From IMG/VR virus record IMGVR_UViG_3300013307_000671, positions 70,909 to 134,908 of that record: a stretch of 64,000 nt of DNA. One strand, 5' to 3'. The translations under genes and the position numbers were made by a program. Shown here piece after piece: positions 59,041 through 64,000 of this stretch (position 1 is the first letter of the stretch; each line of letters starts with the position of its first letter). The notes beneath the pieces were generated by a model. That model did no database searches. It worked only from the letters and a program-made list of their open reading frames with translations, and was not told where the DNA came from. Origin of the DNA: a virus (lineage: Duplodnaviria; Caudoviricetes).

Positions 59041-59445
59041 TTAGCCAATCGCTGGCATCTTCATAAAGTGAGTGGGATTGTACGTGAGCATATCACCATC
59101 AAACAAACAGTAAATCACATCACCGTTATCATCCAGCTCAAATGTTGCATTCTCAATAGAACCGTCCGCAAATTTAATCAGCACATCTTCCTGCAGCGGC
59201 GCATTCTTCATGTCTTCCGTAAGCTCAGTAAACTCACTGTCTGCCGGAATAGCCATATAACGCGTAGGCAATTCATTCAGGTTAAGCTTCGAGCCATCCG
59301 CAAAGCAGTAATCAAAAACACTGCCGTCCTCATTCAGAACAATGCGCGTCTTCGCCGCATGGAACGTGTTCGAACGCTTAAACTCAAAAAGAGCCAGAAC
59401 CAGTGAACCCGATACCAAAGATGAACCCGCGATTTGTTTAAACAT
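59041..59445 (-). CDS. phage hypothetical with DUF551-like repeats
   Basis: PTRYMAIP / PTHFMKMP. Confidence 0.75.
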   Translation of the reverse strand: MFKQIAGSSLVSGSLVLALFEFKRSNTFHAAKTRIVLNEDGSVFDYCFADGSKLNLNELPTRYMAIPADSEFTELTEDMKNAPLQEDVLIKFADGSIENATFELDDNGDVIYCLFDGDMLTYNPTHFMKMPAIG

Positions 59446-59606
59446 GTTAGCACCCGTTAGTTAATGAATGTCTCGCTTCAGTAAAATCATTATATGACAA
59501 CACAATATCGCTTTCAAGCTTTTTCTTCAAAAGAATAACTTCTAATGAGAAGCCTCTCTTAAAACAAAAAAGCCACCTCGCTGGTGGCCCTTCACACATT
59601 ATTATA

Positions 59607-59882
59607 TTACGCGGCTTTCTTCGCCTTCTTACGCATCAGACCTTCACAAAACTTAATGCCGTCAAATGTCATCGACACCATCGAAAAACCAAACAGATCA
59701 ACGTTCACCTGAATAATGTTCTTCGCCTTCAGATTCATCAGAACTGTATTCAGTTGGTTCTGCTTCAACACCTCACCACCCACCAACACCTCTTTCGGAA
59801 AGCTCACGTTCTTCTTCTTCTGAGCAAAACCAAATACCGCTTTTAGAACTGAAGTTTCTAAAGTAGAGATAGTTGTGATCAT
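59607..59882 (-). CDS. winged-helix DNA-binding protein, paralogue
   Basis: Highly similar to 58594-58908. Confidence 0.65.
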   Translation of the reverse strand: MITTISTLETSVLKAVFGFAQKKKNVSFPKEVLVGGEVLKQNQLNTVLMNLKAKNIIQVNVDLFGFSMVSMTFDGIKFCEGLMRKKAKKAA

Positions 59883-60005
59883 GACGCATTCCTTAAAAAG
59901 TGAGGGTGATTTCGTGCTCTGCTTCAATAAAAACAGTATAGCGAAACCTACGCTTAATGACAATACATATTTCGCCCTTTTCTCACTTTTTTAAACCTAC
60001 CTGAA

Positions 60006-60209
60006 TCAGCTAAGAAGCAAAATAGATTCCAACAGTCTCTTGTAGTCGAAAATCACACCTTCTGTTTTCAACAAGGTCGCCATATAACGCCGCTCCGATG
60101 CACTCACCTCCGGCACATGAACCTTCAGAAAATCAATAATCTCTGACTGCTTCACCGCCTCTTTCTTTACCGTGATCAAATTCCCACGCTTAATAATTTT
60201 TTCGTTCAT
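60006..60209 (-). CDS. small hypothetical protein
   Basis: Start MNEKI, RBS AAGGG. Confidence 0.65.
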   Translation of the reverse strand: MNEKIIKRGNLITVKKEAVKQSEIIDFLKVHVPEVSASERRYMATLLKTEGVIFDYKRLLESILLLS

Positions 60210-60289
60210 CTCTATTCGCCCTTTCCTAATCAGCCACAGATAAATAAAAAGAGCCATCCATCGAATAGCTCTCTCATCAACCTTAAACC

Positions 60290-60475
60290 TTAAACACTCG
60301 CCTCTTCTAACACTTCATACTCCACAGACCAAATACGCTTACACCAGCTCACATCCTCATAACGCTTACAAAAATCACTCCACATACGATGCGGCTCGCC
60401 GTTAAGCTCAGTCACTTCCGTAATCTCACCTACACGCACAAAAGAGGTATTCGATTTCGTAATCCGCACTTTCAT
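60290..60475 (-). CDS. small hypothetical protein
   Basis: Start MKVRI, RBS AGGTG. Confidence 0.75.
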   Translation of the reverse strand: MKVRITKSNTSFVRVGEITEVTELNGEPHRMWSDFCKRYEDVSWCKRIWSVEYEVLEEASV

Positions 60476-60547
60476 GTCTTCACCTTTCATTTCAATCAGG
60501 CATATCGCCCTTCAATGAAAACAGTATAATGATTAATGACAATACCG

Positions 60548-60862
60548 TCAAGCCGTTTCTTCGCGATTTTCCCAATCAGGCTCTAACTCAGCAACCAGAC
60601 CAAGAATGTCAAAGCCATACGGCGAACCCGCCATATCATGATCCCTCAGCGATTTGATAATGCTCTGAGAACGTGTCTTAACATTTACCTCAAAATCATT
60701 AAAGCGACACGTATACACTTCCCCATTACTACTCACCAACTTAAGCTCAGGATTCCACCGCGCCAATACACCAAGCTTCTCTTCCTCAATAATAAAGAAA
60801 CTGTTGTAAAAATGATTAGCTGCCGATTTATGCACTAACGATACCGCGATTTCATTTGACAT
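60548..60862 (-). CDS. hypothetical protein
   Basis: RBS AAGGT. Confidence 0.75.
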   Translation of the reverse strand: MSNEIAVSLVHKSAANHFYNSFFIIEEEKLGVLARWNPELKLVSSNGEVYTCRFNDFEVNVKTRSQSIIKSLRDHDMAGSPYGFDILGLVAELEPDWENREETA

Positions 60863-60893
60863 GTTTACCTTATCCTCTGTAGTTGCCTGACCT

Positions 60894-61103
60894 TTATTTT
60901 AATCGCTCAAATGCCTCTGTATATTCTTCCGGCAAAATCAACGACAATAACCTTAACGCCTCATAGTAATGCGCCGTCCCCCTGGCTGACTCCTCTAAGG
61001 CCATACCTAACACCTTAATCTGCAAACTGTGTGAACCCAACGATATCCCATCGTCTATCACACCCTCCAAATCTATCAATGCTTTCTGCTTTTTATTCAA
61101 CAT
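60894..61103 (-). CDS. small hypothetical protein
   Basis: Coupled to upstream ORF, RBS GAGGT. Confidence 0.7.
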   Translation of the reverse strand: MLNKKQKALIDLEGVIDDGISLGSHSLQIKVLGMALEESARGTAHYYEALRLLSLILPEEYTEAFERLK

Positions 61104-61106
61104 TCA

Positions 61107-61586
61107 TTACCTCGACAGATCTACAGTAAAACCATTCAACTCTATCTCGCCGTCCGGCATCTGCTCAGTCAATCCCACGGAATAATACCCATTATGCACA
61201 CTGAACACACCATTATTCTTTTTGTGCTCCTGCAGAATATTTTCAACATTACACTTTTTATGGAAATCTCTCACCAACCGATAAAAATCCACACCACTCA
61301 AAATCTCATTATGACGCTTCGATAAGCGAAACCCGGACAGTAAAGCTCCAATCTTCTCAGCTAACTCCTGCTCCGGCGCATCTTTACTCACCACAATATC
61401 CATAGTCATAGATGGCTGGTCATTCAGCAAAACAGCATAACCAAAAAATAAAAAAGAAAATCTTCTGAATAAACTCTCTTCGTCAAATCGCTTTTTACGC
61501 CCAATCAAATCATCAACGAATGGCTTCGCTGTCCCCTGAACATCACCAAAACTCTTCATTAAATCCGAATAGCTAATAACACTCAT
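61107..61586 (-). CDS. hypothetical protein, family A
   Basis: V.GTAK.F.D.....K.R.D...VDLSR. Confidence 0.8.
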   Translation of the reverse strand: MSVISYSDLMKSFGDVQGTAKPFVDDLIGRKKRFDEESLFRRFSFLFFGYAVLLNDQPSMTMDIVVSKDAPEQELAEKIGALLSGFRLSKRHNEILSGVDFYRLVRDFHKKCNVENILQEHKKNNGVFSVHNGYYSVGLTEQMPDGEIELNGFTVDLSR

Positions 61587-61677
61587 TATTTTTCTCCGCC
61601 CATTTTCCCCCATTCTATCATACTCCCTTTTCTCGTACAAATAAAAAAGCCACCCATAGGCAGCTTCTCGTTATTCC

Positions 61678-62241
61678 CTATTTGGATAAATCAATCTTAT
61701 GACCATCCACCTCTACAATACTCTTCGTCTTACCTTTACTGATCTCTACCCGGTAATAATCCGAACAGATACAGAAAACATCGCTTTTTCGCAATGCCTC
61801 TAAAATGTTATCAACAGTCAGCTTGGCCCGGATATCCTTCAGCGATTTATACACACCCGATACATCCTTGTTATAGTTATACACCTTTCTCGTCCTGAAA
61901 TAACTTACATACATCTTCAGGCCTTGCGCTAACTTCTTACTGTAATTTTCTTCACGACGATCTACACTGAAGCCATCATTTACATAAAGAATGCCCGCAG
62001 TTAATGCCAACGAACTGCTCCGATAACTCACCGCAAAATCATCCGTATTATCATAGCGATTTTTACACGCCACAACTTTATCCAAAAATGCCTTTGCCGT
62101 TCCGTGAACGTTAGACATCGCCATTATATCAGAAAAGTTCATCACACCTTCTTCTTTTGAAAAAGAAAAACCATTCATAATCGCCGCACTCGAACCGCTT
62201 CGACTCATACTCACCGTACCACTATTTGACATACTCAGCAT
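61678..62241 (-). CDS. hypothetical protein, family A, with Ser/Met-rich N-terminal extension
   Basis: RBS AGGAG at 62241 and a second RBS AAGGTG before MNFSD. Confidence 0.75.
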   Translation of the reverse strand: MLSMSNSGTVSMSRSGSSAAIMNGFSFSKEEGVMNFSDIMAMSNVHGTAKAFLDKVVACKNRYDNTDDFAVSYRSSSLALTAGILYVNDGFSVDRREENYSKKLAQGLKMYVSYFRTRKVYNYNKDVSGVYKSLKDIRAKLTVDNILEALRKSDVFCICSDYYRVEISKGKTKSIVEVDGHKIDLSK

Positions 62242-62363
62242 GTTTTTCTCCTATAGGAATATTATCCCACTTTGGATTACTTTTCGGGATTATTATCCCA
62301 TTATATTAAAACTCTTTATCCTGCACAACAAAAAAGCCACCCGGAGGCAGCTTCTTTATTCTC

Positions 62364-62774
62364 TTACGCTTTCACCGCATAAGGCCTTTTGTAATGTCCA
62401 AACTGCAGATCGACATAATGACCTACATCATGGTAATCCCTCATCAGATCACTGTTGTTGTAGTTGTCCAGATTCAACGCCGCAACAACCTTCTCCAGAA
62501 TCTCACGCGCGCCTTCATCCTTAATATCACGATCAAGACGACCCAAGTGATGCACCTCTACATGACCCAACACTCCATCAAAACGACGATAATCACCCTG
62601 AGCATCACACGCCTCTTTACCAAAAATCTGCTCCAGCGTTAACGGCGTGCTCTTGATCGTCATCACAATGCCCGAAGCATTCCGAATCGCAAAGCTCGCC
62701 TTCCAATCTTTCGGCAATACAGCCTTTACCGCCGCAACAATCTTCGCTTTATGCTCTTTGCTCAAGTAAGCCAT
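62364..62774 (-). CDS. LPD29-like conserved protein, paralogue of 5705-6079
   Basis: C-terminal NY.NSD.M.DY.DV..YV. Confidence 0.8.
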   Translation of the reverse strand: MAYLSKEHKAKIVAAVKAVLPKDWKASFAIRNASGIVMTIKSTPLTLEQIFGKEACDAQGDYRRFDGVLGHVEVHHLGRLDRDIKDEGAREILEKVVAALNLDNYNNSDLMRDYHDVGHYVDLQFGHYKRPYAVKA

Positions 62775-62898
62775 TTTCTTCTTCCCGCTCTCGTTTCGAT
62801 AAAAGAAGTATACGCCTTAATGACAATACGCGCAAGCACTTTTTTATCATAAACACAAAAAGCCACCCGGAGGCAGCTTCTTTTATCTTTGCTGGTGG

Positions 62899-63177
62899 TT
62901 AGCCCTTATTCAGCGCTTTACCAATCACACGTTTCGACCCAGTGATAGCTACACCATTAGGAACCTCGCCTTTCTCCGCACACTCCACAAAGTGCTGCAA
63001 CGCAGCCAGCAGCTCAGGAGCCGTTCCCGCAAGGATACCATTATGAATCGCTTCCTCATCACAGCTTCCCGCCGTGCTCAGGCTAAAACCACTTTTGCCT
63101 AATACGACATCTTTACCGTTAGCGCCAACCAGATCACCATTCACTTTCTTCCACGGACCCGCAGTAAACTTGCTCAT
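62899..63177 (-). CDS. phage hypothetical (FT.GPW...APELL.AL family)
   Basis: MSKFTAGPW...APELLAAL. Confidence 0.8.
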   Translation of the reverse strand: MSKFTAGPWKKVNGDLVGANGKDVVLGKSGFSLSTAGSCDEEAIHNGILAGTAPELLAALQHFVECAEKGEVPNGVAITGSKRVIGKALNKG

Positions 63178-63225
63178 CTTTTACCTCGTAAAAAATCTTA
63201 AATGAAATGGCTCTCTTTAAAAGAC

Positions 63226-63414
63226 TTAAATCTCTTCGCCGCTGTTAATAAAGTCTACGCTAACGCCACATTGCGCAAACGCTTCTTTCGCTCCGTGAGC
63301 ATAAGCTAAACTCTCTTCATACTCTCTCGATTGGAAAACCTCTTTATGCCCAATCTCTACATACCAGCAATCCTTACCACCATCAAAGCCAATCAGTATT
63401 GCGACTTCTTTCAT
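63226..63414 (-). CDS. small hypothetical protein
   Basis: RBS GAGGTG. Confidence 0.75.
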   Translation of the reverse strand: MKEVAILIGFDGGKDCWYVEIGHKEVFQSREYEESLAYAHGAKEAFAQCGVSVDFINSGEEI

Positions 63415-63463
63415 CTTACACCTCTGTCAATAAATAAAGGCCGCTAAGCAGCCCCCTGTTTTA

Positions 63464-63652
63464 TTAAATACGCTTATCGATTGTCATCCCAACCTTCAGC
63501 GCATCCAAATCTGACTTGTTTTTCTCAACGTGCATGAAATCCACGATGCAGTTGCGTAAGTCCGAACGACCCTTACCAACCATAACCCACGCTTTACCAC
63601 TGTAGTGAGGCTTGATTTCAGTAATCTCTTTAATCTCGATCCAATCGTTCAT
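63464..63652 (-). CDS. small hypothetical protein
   Basis: Start MNDWI, RBS AGGA. Confidence 0.7.
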   Translation of the reverse strand: MNDWIEIKEITEIKPHYSGKAWVMVGKGRSDLRNCIVDFMHVEKNKSDLDALKVGMTIDKRI

Positions 63653-63784
63653 CGCTCTATTTCCTATCACTGTTTCTTTTCGATAAAAGAAGTATACGCT
63701 TTAATGACAATACGTGCAAGCACTTTCTTTTTTATTTCAACATAAAAAAAGACTGGCTAAGCAGTCTTCTTTTATTTGCGATTA

Positions 63785-64000
63785 TTACATCAGCTCCAGC
63801 ACTTTAAACTTCACTTCTGTCATCACTTCCAGAATCGCCTGAGCATCGTCAAAGTCACCCACCAAGCTAATACTCTGAACGATTTCCCACGCCTTCGTGC
63901 GGTTCCGGTCGCTCGCACTAATGACAGCTTTACCATCAAGGTAGCCAATCACTTTATAACCTTCTTCGTTCTTATCAACGTCTAACTTAATCTCTCTCAT
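63785..64000 (-). CDS. small hypothetical protein (start at window edge)
   Basis: ORF followed by terminator. Confidence 0.7.
   Translation of the reverse strand: MREIKLDVDKNEEGYKVIGYLDGKAVISASDRNRTKAWEIVQSISLVGDFDDAQAILEVMTEVKFKVLELM

Larger units (their letters stand above)
650..63720. repeat. dispersed promoter-associated motif TTGTCWTWA (+ strand TWAWGACAA), about 50 copies
   Basis: Copies at e.g. 2231, 5077, 6122, 8303, 10918, 19296, 25010, 29955, 38433, 39823, 44459, 45178, 50009, 51125, 55844, 58979, 62817, 63701; almost all intergenic. Confidence 0.9.
1277..63775 (-). repeat. dispersed family of >60 intrinsic terminators, many of form GCCGCC-TNCG-GGCGG-T(n)
   Basis: + strand AAAAACCGCCCG(G/A/C/T)AGGCGG and variants directly after most minus-strand stop codons. 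Confidence 0.9.

Noticed and set aside
3529-62880. Repeated CCGCCCGGAGGCGG as a CRISPR repeat or REP element
   Set aside because: Spacing is gene-sized and irregular, each copy follows a stop codon with a U-tract, and no cas or RAYT gene is seen
159-63985. Most plus-strand and nested ORFs in the ORF track (e.g. 506-886, 3518-3919, 26200-26646, 59068-59406)
   Set aside because: Antisense shadows of minus-strand genes; no RBS, and they cross terminators and promoters
1-64000. tRNA, rRNA, IS/transposase, virion, replication or conjugation genes
   Set aside because: None recognised by eye; not excluded without tRNAscan and HMM searches

Overview
This ~40% GC window is almost entirely a dense array of ~140 short, mostly hypothetical genes on the minus strand. 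It looks like the early/accessory (host-takeover or establishment) region of a large enterobacterial mobile element: a jumbo phage, phage-plasmid or megaplasmid. No structural, replication or conjugation genes are visible, so the element type cannot be fixed. Most genes are monocistronic modules of [cUNCGg intrinsic terminator] - [sigma70 promoter] - [conserved start sequence ATYGAAACG] - [RBS] - ORF. The most striking signal is a non-palindromic motif, TTGTCWTWA (roughly 50 copies by manual count). It overlaps most minus-strand promoters at different registers and in both orientations, which points to a single very large repressor-controlled regulon. Near-identical intergenic modules flank unrelated genes, and many paralogue families are present, consistent with cassette duplication and shuffling. 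Recognisable cargo: a NUDT16-like Nudix hydrolase, a 2H phosphoesterase, a PphA/NinI-like phosphatase, a minimal kinase-like protein, YedI (DUF808), a PsiE-family protein with a CRP box, a Zn-finger homing endonuclease, two winged-helix paralogues and a small plus-strand island encoding a possible membrane toxin. Family assignments come from remembered motifs, not database searches. Many start codons were moved from the ORF track to the RBS-supported ATG.
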